Part shown: positions 38,101 to 46,770 of the stretch, one piece after another
Numbering within the stretch: position 1 is the stretch's first letter
How the letters are laid out: every line of letters begins with the position of its first letter
NCBI GenBank assembly: GCA_964234715.1
Contig: OZ174275.1
From: Podarcis melisellensis
Taxonomy: Eukaryota
DNA length: 64,000 bases
Strand: one strand, 5' to 3'
Translations under genes and position numbers: made by a program
Notes under the pieces: model-generated
Told to the model about the DNA's origin: nothing
What the model saw: the letters and a program-made list of their open reading frames with translations, nothing else
Database searches by the model: none

Positions 38101-41100
38101 CAGTGACAATTCAACAAGTAGTGTTAATGATATACAAACATGCTAGCATTGGTAAGTCAATTATCCACCTACATGTGTTAAGACTACATTCAGGCACAGA
38201 TGATAGAAATGAATTTCTGGATGTTATGCACACCAAATTGGTTATATTTCTCAGTCTTAAAAAACCCAGAAGTTTGGCTATGTGTTCATTCTGCAGAGCT
38301 TCCAAACATTTTAAAAAAACCCAATAATAAAGCAAAAGCTTCATATAAAAGGGCATGGGCTTTGATGTGAAAAAAATGAGCTGTTTGCCACTTATTATCT
38401 GGGTTTTTAAAAAAACTGACTAGAGGTGTGCTTTTGTACAGGCATTGCAGGGCAAGGGAGCGTTCAGTCTATAAAGGCTAAGGGAAGACGGCAGCAAAGC
38501 CAATCAGCCCAAGAAGCAGACACTTGAAAAAAAGAAGTAGCAGAATAATGATCGCTCTGACCAGGGCGAGGCCCCGCTGTTGCAGGAGGAGAGGCGGCAG
38601 CACGCACATGAGACAGCACACAATGAAAAGAGTCACAGCAGGAGGGACGATCATAATCTGTCCTAAAAGCAATTTTTAAAAAGGGACTGCCAATTTTATT
38701 TTGCCATTGCAAAGATCTGAAGATTGCTGAGGAAAGACTTATGTGGTAAAAATGTAAGTGCCTATTATTAACTTTTATATATTCCACATCTCTAAAATTG
38801 TGCTAGATTATGAAGTAACCAGAGGCATATGTGCTGAAGAAGAAAAACGCCACCATGAATAACAAGGTGCCATATTTGAACAAAGGGAGAAGGACAGGAG
38901 AGTTCACTTCCCTCTGTCCATATGAGCCCCCTAGGATAGCTTTTTGCCAATGAATGATGTTGGGACCACAACTCCCATCAGCCCCAGCCGGCACAGCTGG
39001 GAGTTGGAGTCTGACAAAATCTGGAGGGCACCAGATTGGCACAGGCTGCCCTAGGATGAGGCATGTTTTGGCCATTGTTATTCAGTAGCTTCTTGCCTGT
39101 GAAATTTGATAGGCATGGCTGGGAGAGCTAGCAGGATGTTCCAGCTCTGATTACAGTCATGCCTCTTCTACTGCACCTCTCATCATCTCACCTGCAGCAG
39201 CTTCTACCCCACTTTGCTCAGCCCCTTCCCCTGTCTCTATCACTGTTGCCACCACCGCCAGGCTTCAAGGTTTCTACAGATGCGTACAACATCTGCTCTC
39301 ACTTCCCTAGGGCAGGCACACCTTGGTTAGACTGTGCTTCTCCCTAAATAGATTGGATCAGCTCTAGAGAGTGCCAGTGCCACCTTCTACCTGAAGGAGG
39401 GGAAGAGATGGGAAAGGGCAGAGAAACCGCCCCCAGTTACCCTACATCTTCTGCACCAGAATCAGGGCACCTCAACTCCATCACTTATGAGAGGAGGGAA
39501 GAGGATGTTTTGCAGGACTTCGGCTTTCCATTCTGGGTATGGTAAAATTTGCAATAGCTCATTCAGAACTGTAGGATCGGTGTAACTGAGGGCACATCTG
39601 CGCTCAAGTTACAAAGATCCTATAGATCTGGATGAGACACTGCAAATTTCACCATACCCAGATTGGGTGTCTAAGATCACTTCAGTTTACTGTGTCCACA
39701 AGAATTGCATATGCACCTTGCACCTTGTTTTAAGGTACTTCTGTTTGATGCTATTGTTTCTCAAACCTGCTCCACACTGATTGGGGTCCTTAAGCTGTCC
39801 CTAATTTGTCTCTAGCCAAGGTGTGAGCACCTTTTAATGTGAACACACCCTTACAGCACAAGTTTAACCAAGTTTACTCAGAAGGAAGTCCCAATGATTT
39901 GAATGGGATTCACCTGCAGGTGTGTACGCTCTGAATGGCGGCTTGCCTTCTCTTGGATATAAGACCACATCACACGGTAAAGCATGTGCGTCATTCAAGC
40001 TGTGAAAAGCAAGTTTTCAGAAGCCTCAGCACAATATTCCAACCACTAGGAAGTTACATTGTTGACCTAAATTAACTCCCCACCACACAAAATAAAGCTG
40101 CTCCTATTGGATTTCTGCCTGTTCTGTAGCTCTTAAAGACACACCACTCTGTCAGGCTCAGGGCAGTGACTAAAAGCACATGATGAAGAAGCCTTGTCTG
40201 GATACAGGAACCAGTGTCCGCCATCTTGAATATCTATTTTAGGTCCAACAGAATCCTAACAAAGGGAGGGTGGAATGGAGGACTTTGGCGGTATAATTCC
40301 CCAAACTCAAAATCGAAGTGTTTCATGCCTTCATTGAATTAACAAGGTTTCAAACCTGTTTAGGACCAATGGTTTGCACTGAGCCATGTAGGATTGTGGG
40401 AATACAGGCAGGAACTGGGACCTCCTTTCAGGTAGGCCCATCCTTCTCCTGTCAGGAGGACAGCATTGCATAGGACAGGACAGACATACCAGTGCAGGGT
40501 GTGGGACTAGACTCCACAATTAGAACTAGAGTGACAGATCAAAGGGTGGGTGCAGTCATCAAGAAAGCGAGCTCCAGGTGTGTCCAAGAGCTTCCTACCC
40601 TCTGGTGTTCTAACATTAATCTCAGTGTAGTTCAAAGGCTATATGGTAACACCATCCAGTGTTGTGGATCTGCCACTATTCAGCAATCTCATATTGCAGA
40701 GATAGTAATCTCTGAGTATTGCAGAGATAGTCAAGCAGGTTAGCTGCTAATTGCGCCTTTGATTCCAGGAACGTTCTTGTTCCCATTTCATGGAATGTCA
40801 AACAATGACAAGACTGAAACTAGCTCATGAGGGAGAAACCATTGGGACCAGCACCAAATGTAACCCAAGGTCTTAACTGAACACTTCTATCCTGCTCTTC
40901 ACTGCAGCATGGCCAAGGTTGGAGAACAGTAAACGGTGCCTCTGACTTTACATTTGGGATCCACCATCACACCCTGATAATGCAGGGGTGGCTAACCTGT
41001 GACCCTCCAGGCATTACTGGACTCTAACCCCATCAGCATGGCCAATGGTCAGGGGTGATGGGAGCTGTAGTCCAGCAACACCTGGAAGGCCACAGGTTCT

Positions 41101-44100
41101 CCAGGTGTATACAATGCACCTGTCTCTGCGTAGATGCACTATATACGGAGAAGTTAAATTATTACTATTGGTGCACATGGTTCTACTCTGCACAATTTAA
41201 TCCTCACAACATCCCTATGAGCTAGATTAGGCTAAAGAGAGAGCGATTTGCCTTAAGCTGCCCAGTGAGCTTTATGACTGAGTGGAGGTTTAAACTCTGG
41301 CCTCCCAGTTGCATTTAGCTGCATTGACATAGGCAATGAACTGAGAATTATTTCCAACTGGTAAAATACACCGAGGCCTCTGAGGCAGAATCACAAGAAA
41401 TGTAAGGAAGAAAATCCCAAACTAAGACCCTGGTGTTGGGAAACATTGAGGGCACAAGGAGAAGGGGACCACAGAGGATAAGATGGCTGGACAGTGTTCT
41501 CAAAGCTACCAGCATGAGTTTGACCAAACTGCGGGAGGCAGTGGAAGACAAGAGTGCCTGGCGAGCTCTGGTCCACGAAGAGTCGGACACGACTGAACGA
41601 CTAAACAACAAAGTCTCAGGTTCTTGTGAGAAACTTTCTACCTCTATTGTTTAGCCAGCACCTGAAAGAGGAAACAGTCTGACTCTGCAAGCAAAGGAAA
41701 CTTTGTACCGTACTGGAACCCTGCCCTGGCGTTTGTGGCAGGGCGTTTACATGAATGGAATACGTCAACCTGATAGGGGGTCATAAATTACAAGCAACCT
41801 CTCCTAATCTCTGGATTGCAATCTAGGTCTCCAAATGCAGAGGTGAAAAACAAGCAGTGGGAGCAGCAGTAAAATATGCCCAACTTCCATGTAAAGAGAC
41901 CCACTTGGTTCCTTCCAAAACACCTTTGTGGGTGTGGCAGAGGAGAGCCTAGTAATTAAATGCAGCATAATTGTCACTGGTGCCATCAAGGAAACTGGAA
42001 GGATTTCAAGACTATAATTCTACTGAAGAGAGGTGACATCGTCCCATCTCCAACAGAGGCCTTCTGTTAGCTACTCGACTAGCAGGCATTACAGCAGCGC
42101 AAGCGTCTTCAGTTTAGTGGTACTGTGGGTGGTGAAAACTGCATCAGATGAATTTTTGCCTGTCACACAGCTGTTGTAGGTGCAGCACCTTTCTCAGGAT
42201 GACTCAGGAAATGCAGAGTGTGAACCCTGCTGTTGAAAGACGCTTGCTCCATCTCTCCTCTAACTCAATATGGGGAAATGGATAGTTATCAGTAGAGCAT
42301 GCAAAGCTCAAGTTCAAATCCATATCCTGCTCAGCCATCAAGCTCACTGGGGCTGCCAGTGAGCTACTCCTATGCACCTGGGTGTAAATCCCACGACACT
42401 GAGGATTCATCCACAACTTCCCTTTGTCCCATAATAACTGAGTAGCTAGGACAGAGTGGCAAATAAAACCAACAGTGTTAACATTTAAGCAATCCCTCCT
42501 GCTTCCTCATCATAGTGCTAGGTTTTGATCGGGGCTGAGGAACCGGTGGCTCCCTAGATGCTGCTGGACTCCAGCTGCTATCATACCTGATCACTGGTCA
42601 TGCTGACTGGGGCAGATGGGAGTTGGGAGTCTGCTGGGCCACAGATTCCCATGCCCTGCTGTACATAAATTGTGTGGATGGGAGAATTAAAGAAGGTGCA
42701 CCTACTATTGTCCCTGACAGTATTATGCCCTAAGGGGCAGCTTGGGAGAGGTGAGGGTGGTTTATTCCCTCAGGTTAAGCCAATTATTTAAGTGAGACAA
42801 TTGTCCACAGAACCAGGGTTGCTTCCCTGTGTGGTGCAGTGGTTAGCGTGTTGGACGAGGACCTGGGAGGCCAGAGTTCAAATCCCCACTCAGCCATGAA
42901 GCTCACTGTGTAACCATAGGCCAGTCACTATCTCTCAGCCTAACCTACCCCACAGGGTTGTTGCGAGGTAAAATGGGGAAGATGAGAACCACACCAACCA
43001 TCTTGAGATCCTTAGCTGGAATATAAATGTAAAATAAACAACATAAAAGCTGCGAAGTAGTAGTCCAAACTAGGTTGGAAAGATTAGCGTAATGTTACCA
43101 TAGGCATAGTGGCTCCAGGAAGAATGATTGTTTTGCAGACAGCAGCAGGAGGCAAAGAACTAGTAGAAATTACCTGCATAGTAAACAGCTGGAGAAACCG
43201 AGAGCAGTTTAAGTGCAAGGTATGGGGGATATTTGATTGAATCTCATGTTTGATTAAATCTATGGGGCAAGGCAAATTGCTGGAGAGGAGAATTCTTCTG
43301 CTATCTCACTTAGTCATTCTCAGTTCTGACTAACCTTTGTCTGGCCTGCGTATCTTGAGTGTGACCCAGACTAAACCTTTGAGAAGGTCCACGCCACCTT
43401 CCCAGAGAGGACGCTGTCTTGGTAACACAGCCCTATTATTATCATAAAAACTATTGGCGGCAGTTTCTCCTTCTGTCTACGATAGTTAGCATATAAACCT
43501 ACGACACTGGCTGGCTGACTAAGCCCGCAACCACCCCAACAAGGGCATATTCCTGGTTGAAGCATCTGAATCAACAACACAGCTGGGCTAACTCCTCCAC
43601 TGCACTTTTTTGCCCGGTGCCATTTTATCACACAGTTTGATTAATGCAGCTGCACCGCCAAAGTTAGAAGAGTTCGCACAACAAACAGGAGAGAGGGTTA
43701 GGAGTGGTGAGCTTTGAGCTGGGAGGCCCTCAAGTTCCCATCTCACCCTTGAACTCCCCAGGGGTGGCCTCAGCCAAGCAACTGTTTTCTCAGCCTAATG
43801 AGAGTAGCAACGCAGAACATTCCAACAATTTCCGAGATAATGGGGGGGGGGATCCAACTAACTTTTACTCACAGCAGACCTACTGGAATCAATGAGCCTG
43901 AGTCACGTGCACTCATTTCTGTGGGTCTACTCTGAGTCAAACGTAGTTCAATACCGACCCACACGATCGACCCAAAGGTTTCTCTCTACCACCTGACGCC
44001 CCTCTGCAGCGAACAACCTGTGCCCAGTTTCATTTCTCCCCTCGCCTACCTTTCAGCTCCGCGTAGTCCAGCATGGCTCCGTTGGTCCTGGGGGTCGAGT

Positions 44101-44275
44101 GGCTCTTCTGCAGCATCCTCATGCGGACCTGCTCCTGCACCCGGGCGCTCTTGAACCCCTCGGCGGCGTCGGGGGCCTCGCTCTTCCTGTCCAGCTGCTT
44201 GTCCGAGGGCAGCGCCAAGGAGCACACGCCATCCTCCGGCTGCAGAGCCGACAAGAAGAAGTTATTCTCCTGCAT
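6234..44275 (-). CDS. PKP3: Plakophilin-3, full gene span (13 coding exons, 831 aa, desmosomal armadillo-repeat protein)
   Basis: I assembled the exons by hand. Lengths 226+89+734+124+205+175+118+168+186+154+193+88+36 = 2496 nt, all introns GT..AG with compatible phases. The translation matches recalled PKP3 sequence (VCSLALPSD, RVQEQVR, WSSRSAVDL, FDDIDLPSAVKYL, arm repeats, KGYRKEDF). Confidence 0.97.
7198..7285 (-). CDS. PKP3: PKP3 coding exon 12 (SDSEKSSRAASSLLTNMWQYSKLHRDYKT)
   Basis: ttctccag|C ... ACG|gtatgt; 88 nt. Confidence 0.96.
7950..8142 (-). CDS. PKP3: PKP3 coding exon 11 (TKVVSHLIEKLPG...YIKKKRD/S)
   Basis: tttgcag|CA ... GACAG|gtgggg; 193 nt. Confidence 0.97.
8338..8491 (-). 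CDS. PKP3: PKP3 coding exon 10 (WAGVLSRVALEQERILNPVLDRVRTADHHQLRSLTGLIRNLSRNARNKDEM/S)
   Basis: cattgtag|TGG ... ATGT|gtgagt; 154 nt. Confidence 0.97.
8855..9052. mobile_element. hAT-Charlie MITE, Charlie4z-like
   Basis: TIRs tagggattcttaacc / ggttaagaactattg; 8-bp TSD gcctacat/acctatat (2 transitions); body matches the recalled Charlie4z consensus. Confidence 0.75.
9637..9822 (-). CDS. PKP3: PKP3 coding exon 9 (LHMNSDIVTFTEVSKDPKGMEWLW...ITAGDRR)
   Basis: Acceptor ctttccctcccaag|CTC (AAG type), donor AGG|gtaagg; 186 nt. Confidence 0.94.
10463..10565 (-). mobile_element. LINE 3'-end fragment (L2-type, common in lizards)
   Basis: Reverse strand reads gggagctgctcagagtggctgaggaaacccagccagatgggcggggtataaataataaa followed by a (tta)n-like tail. 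Confidence 0.6.
10642..10809 (-). CDS. PKP3: PKP3 coding exon 8 (SVENAVCVLRNLSYRLYDEMPP...RRARE)
   Basis: ccctacag|AGT ... GAG|gtgaga; 168 nt. Confidence 0.97.
11950..12093. mobile_element. Degraded short hAT MITE (ctacaactcccatca family)
   Basis: Shares its internal motif with the TSD-flanked copies at 24788 and 46635. Confidence 0.6.
12151..12396 (-). mobile_element. tRNA-derived SINE (Squam3-like), young copy
   Basis: Minus strand: A box tggtgtagtgg, B-box-like gggttcgcatc, (ttc)n tail; CpGs retained. Confidence 0.85.
12880..12997 (-). CDS. PKP3: PKP3 coding exon 7 (NLSSASQQTRQKMRECHGLVDSM...GKSEDK)
   Basis: cccttctag|G ... AAG|gtgagt; 118 nt. Confidence 0.97.
13867..14041 (-). CDS. PKP3: PKP3 coding exon 6 (ILWNLSSSDNLKDRLARDTL...FYNATGFL/R)
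   Basis: ttctgcag|GC ... CTCAG|gtattt; 175 nt. Confidence 0.97.
14606..14805 (+). mobile_element. tRNA-derived SINE (tRNA-Ala-like head)
   Basis: tagctcagtggcagagca (A box), ggttcaatccc (B box), then a body shared with copies at 18530, 45384 and 59168. Confidence 0.8.
16597..16640. repeat. (AC)n microsatellite
   Basis: Directly visible. Confidence 0.95.
18530..18610 (+). mobile_element. SINE head fragment (same family as 14606)
   Basis: ctttgcatgcagaaggtcccaggttcaattcctggcacctccag. Confidence 0.7.
19072..19276 (-). CDS. PKP3: PKP3 coding exon 5 (ARSLQAVPKLVKLF...ELRKNVT/G)
   Basis: caacag|GCT ... ACAG|gtgaga; 205 nt. Confidence 0.97.
19589..19712 (-). CDS. PKP3: PKP3 coding exon 4 (FDDIDLPSAVKYLMASDPNLQVLGAAYIQHKCYSDNDAKKQ)
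   Basis: gttttcag|G ... CAG|gtgagg; 124 nt; first arm repeat. Confidence 0.97.
19804..19845. repeat. (TA)n microsatellite
   Basis: Directly visible. Confidence 0.95.
20328..20469 (+). mobile_element. Tc1-like transposon terminal fragment
   Basis: ttattctgtctctcac...aataaatctaccattaaaattat.gactg.tcatttctt...caggggatcaaatacttt...ctcattg followed by TA; resembles recalled fish/amphibian Tc1 long TIRs. Confidence 0.7.
20522..20839. mobile_element. hAT-type non-autonomous element with internal ~71-bp tandem duplication
   Basis: Right end aaaaaggttgctgaaccctg; duplicated unit at 20594-20657 and 20665-20728; left TIR missing. Confidence 0.7.
21178..21911 (-). CDS. PKP3: PKP3 coding exon 3 (head domain, LYQPPAGKKG...QQSFSG/G)
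   Basis: Acceptor cccaatgtag|CTG, donor GGAGG|gtgagt; contains WSSRSAVDL, SFHER, YDTMSLRSLRL, RAPAMRTLQRFQS, RAPSVRSL. Confidence 0.96.
22381..22469 (-). CDS. PKP3: PKP3 coding exon 2 (GGNSTNGQCSTLQQHYSSRSQTNGTAPQSS)
   Basis: Acceptor ttcttgtcctgcag|GC, donor TCT|gtaagt; phase 1 to 0; GQ..TLQ...SSRSQ resembles mammalian exon 2. This frame is not in the ORF track. Confidence 0.9.
24788..24923. mobile_element. hAT MITE, complete
   Basis: CAG..CTG TIRs, fold-back body, perfect 8-bp TSD acttagag (24780-24787, 24924-24931). Confidence 0.9.
26785..26830. repeat. Compound (TC)n(AC)n microsatellite
   Basis: Directly visible. Confidence 0.9.
26862..28544 (+). mobile_element. Degenerate Ty3/Gypsy LTR retrotransposon (pol relic, PPT, putative 3' LTR)
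   Basis: RT thumb-like peptide AIKEL...ELRQFLGMLNYLSRLI (27574 ORF). Frameshifted RNase H remnants (TDA, PVTFCSRTLT, DHNP, LIIADTLS). Purine tract at 28364-28377, then TGTTGT...ATAACA (28378-28544). Confidence 0.8.
29126..29481. mobile_element. Tigger1-like (pogo/Tc1-mariner) internally deleted element
   Basis: Ends caggcacacctcatttattgtgctttgc and aatatctccgaggtacatctg+TA; the subterminal ataacttttatatgcact.ggaaac matches recalled Tigger1. Confidence 0.75.
29586..31010 (-). mobile_element. Probable older LTR-like element interrupting a hAT MITE (29546) and itself interrupted by an LTR at 30170
   Basis: The MITE start caggatgggaaacctgtggccctcc stops abruptly at tgtag. AT-rich LTR-like sequence follows and resumes after 30754 with CCAAT repeats. 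Boundaries are approximate. Confidence 0.35.
30170..30754 (+). mobile_element. Solo ERV-type LTR (585 bp), antisense to PKP3
   Basis: TG...CA ends with short inverted repeat (tgtgcagacag / ctgtcttcca); duplicated U3 motif atcc(c)ttttatggt; CRE-like tgacgt; TATA tract near 30577; AATAAA at 30662. No clean TSD. Confidence 0.7.
32475..32636. mobile_element. Degraded palindromic MITE
   Basis: aaagcacat..aattctgggcactgtagt versus acagtgcacagaatt..atgtgcttcaaa inverted arms. Confidence 0.5.
32836..32982. mobile_element. Young GC-rich hAT MITE
   Basis: Perfect 17-bp TIR CAGTGGCGTAGCGTGGG / CCCACGCTACGCCACTG; perfect 8-bp TSD ttcctaat (32828-32835, 32983-32990). Confidence 0.92.
35115..35154. repeat. 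(GT)n microsatellite
   Basis: Directly visible. Confidence 0.95.
37981..38076. mobile_element. hAT MITE, internally deleted
   Basis: TIR caggcataggcaaactcggc / gccgagtttgcctatgcctg; TSD-like cattaaat/ttttaaat. Confidence 0.85.
40983..41105. mobile_element. hAT MITE, degraded
   Basis: caggggtggctaacctgtgaccctccag ... ctggaaggccacaggtt fold-back. Confidence 0.7.
41424..41611 (+). mobile_element. Bov-B (RTE) LINE 3' fragment
   Basis: Encodes LGNIEGTRRRGPQRIRWLDSV...LREAVEDKSAWRALVH; tail gagtcggacacgactgaacgactaaacaacaa. Confidence 0.92.
42828..43045 (+). mobile_element. tRNA-derived SINE (older Squam3-like copy)
   Basis: A box tggtgcagtgg, B box gagttcaaatcc, A-rich tail. Confidence 0.8.
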
Positions 44276-45110
44276 GCTGGCTGCTGGGCCAGGAGCGCAC
44301 GTGAAAAACAGCCCGGCTCTTCCTCCGGGTCAACCCGCCCCTTCCCCGCGCCTGCCAGGAACTCTGTGTGGGCTGAGGGGAAGTTCCTCGCGAGGGCTTG
44401 GAGCAGCCCTTCCGCTCCTCCTGCGCCCTCTTCTCTGCGCCCAAATGGCGCGTTGACGCGCCAGGTAAGTTGCGCGCTTATTCACAGGTGAGTCTGTCGG
44501 GCCCTCCCTCTGACTTCCTTAGTTAGTCTACAAAAAAAAAAGTTCCTTCATTCAGGGAGCGCGCCCACACATACACCCGCCTCCTCCTCCACGCCATCCC
44601 CGGTCTTCTTGCAAGCGTCGTTTGGTTTCCTGGGACTTTCCTTTCCTTCTCTGCGCTGGTGGTGACACACCTACGTGATTCCACCCCTCTCTCTCCCTAG
44701 CAACTGAGATCAGCCGGGAGGCAGAGCAGCAGGTCGGCCGCTTCCACCTTAAGCAGGTGAGGCGTTGGGCAAAGCGGTGCCTTTAAGGTGGAATTCCAAA
44801 GATGCACGAACTGGCCTGGCCTTGGCCCTGCCCTGCCCCACACCTCGCCCTCAGCTGTGTAAACTGGCAAAAGCGGTTATGGGTGCGGTGCCTCCAGGGT
44901 TCTTGAAGGGTGTGCGTTTGTGTGCCTAGAGATAGAGGGCTGTAGGCCGTGGTGCCATCCCGCTCGCCTCTCTTTTTGTTACACCTTCTCCATTCCGCGA
45001 AACAGAGCTCCCCCGGTTCTGGCAGAGCCCCGTGTCAACAAAAGTGCAGCAAAACAAGGAGCGAACACGCCTCGGCCGAACCCAGCTTTGTTCCCTCCCG
45101 GCTTGTGAAG
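44030..45110 (-). promoter_or_regulatory. CpG island / PKP3 proximal promoter and 5' UTR
   Basis: Sharp local rise in GC and CpG around exon 1; E-boxes CAGGTA 44462, CAGGTG 44485 and 44754; GC/CACCC-type boxes. Confidence 0.8.
44050..44275 (-). CDS. PKP3: PKP3 coding exon 1 (MQENNFFLSALQPEDGVCSLALPSD...DYAELK/G)
   Basis: ATG at 44275; plakophilin N-terminal motif SLALPS...RVQEQV; donor AAAG|gtaggc, phase 1. Confidence 0.96.
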
Positions 45111-45383
45111 TAACTTAACAGCCTGTACATTCCAAACACTGAGCTGCTGCCTTGGGAGCTGAGCGGGAGAAGGGATAGAGGCAGGCCAAAGTCCAGCAGC
45201 TCAATCCAGGCTCCTCCTGCTGCTCACCCAGAGTCCCAGGAGGCACCTCTAGAGCATGCAGAGTGTGAGGCTCAGCTACACAGGCACATTCTGTGCCATG
45301 GCTGCAGCCAGGGAGAGGCAGTGGGTGAGCAAGTCATGCCAGCTGTGGCCTTTCCTCCCCCGTCAATTTCTTCACCAGAGTAT

Positions 45384-45548
45384 ATAGGTAGCTGCCTTAT
45401 ACAGAGTCAGACCACTGGTCCATCTAGCTCAGTATTGTCTACACTGACTGGCAGCAGCTCTCCAGGGTTTTGGGCAAGTCTTCCCAGTCCTACCTGGAGA
45501 TCAAAACTAGGACTTTCCCTGTAAAGGCAGATGCTGTACCACTGAGCT
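45384..45548 (-). mobile_element. tRNA-derived SINE (same family as 14606)
   Basis: Reverse complement of agctcagtggtacagcatctg...ctgactctgtataaggcagct. Confidence 0.75.
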
Positions 45549-46634
45549 TCGACATTGCTGACTGGCGGAGGTGGTGGCTGAGCTGGAAGGAATGTGGCAG
45601 GGGTTCCCCATTCACCACTCGGGGTCATAGATCACTGCTGAATCATACAGTTCCAGGGCTGCTCGCCCTACTATTAGGCAGGGTGTGGCACCTGCTTCAG
45701 GCAGCTAATTTAAGGTGTCGTCAAATGGCAGCAAATAGCCAGTTCCTTAAATTATTACTATTATAATATTTTTACTTTCAGGGAGAGGCACTTGGTGATT
45801 TTATGTCTTGGGTGCAAAAACAATGTAGTCAGCTTTGGATGCTGTGCTGCAAAATACATTTGGACTAGCCTTGTAGACTGCAATACTAATGAAGGGGGAA
45901 GAGCCATTTCCTTGCTTCTTAGGAGGGTATACAGCACTTGCTCAGTGTTGGAAGACTCTGGGGCAAAGCAAGTGTAGAGAGAAACAACACCATTGTGGCA
46001 GAAATGGTCTTCTACGCTGGGCAGAATCCTAAAACTGCACACACACTGCTCTCATCACCGTTCCACTGTGAGCTTGTCATCTGCCAAATCCCAGTATGTC
46101 CTTCATACAGATCCATGTACCCTTCCATAACCACCCCATAATGGGTTCTTGATTCCTGTTCTTCCCACCATTAGGTTGCTACTTCTTGCTCTACAACTCC
46201 AAGCCCACTAGACTCTTTCCTTATCCCTCTACTACTGTTGGTGGGATTCTTTTTCTGTTACTGGACCTGTTCGCCCTGTCTACCATCTGTATAGCATTAT
46301 GTCTGTTCCCTTCTACTTTAACAGGATAGCAAGTGAAATAGATGCAGACTGTGACCGTGCTCACAAGGGAAAGTCTTGTCCATTCCTCAAAACTGTTGAA
46401 CCCTTAAGAAAAAAGATGCCCAACTCTTTAAAAAAAGAATGCTCTATAGACCTTAGCAGTACACAGAATATACCATGTGAGAGCAAATGGGCCTAAGTAT
46501 AGCCCATACATTTACTCTCTGTATATGCCAATCAGTCAAGGTAATTGGTCATTGCTAGCATCAGCACTTCCATAGGATTGGTAGACTTGAAAAAGACTTT
46601 CAGCTTATTATTACAGCCTTTTAATGGGCTAGAT

Positions 46635-46770
46635 CAGGCTTAGGCAAACTTGGCCCTCCAGATGTTTTGGGACTACAATTTCCATCATCCCTGACCACTT
46701 GTCCTGTTAGCTATGGATCATGGGAGTTGTAGTCCCAAAACATCTGGAGGGCCAAGTTTGCCTATGCTTG
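46635..46770. mobile_element. hAT MITE, complete
   Basis: Near-perfect fold-back; perfect 8-bp TSD ggctagat (46627-46634, 46771-46778). Confidence 0.92.

Noticed and set aside
44073-44491. 127- and 130-aa + strand ORFs
   Set aside because: Antisense to exon 1 within the CpG island; stop-poor because of GC content.
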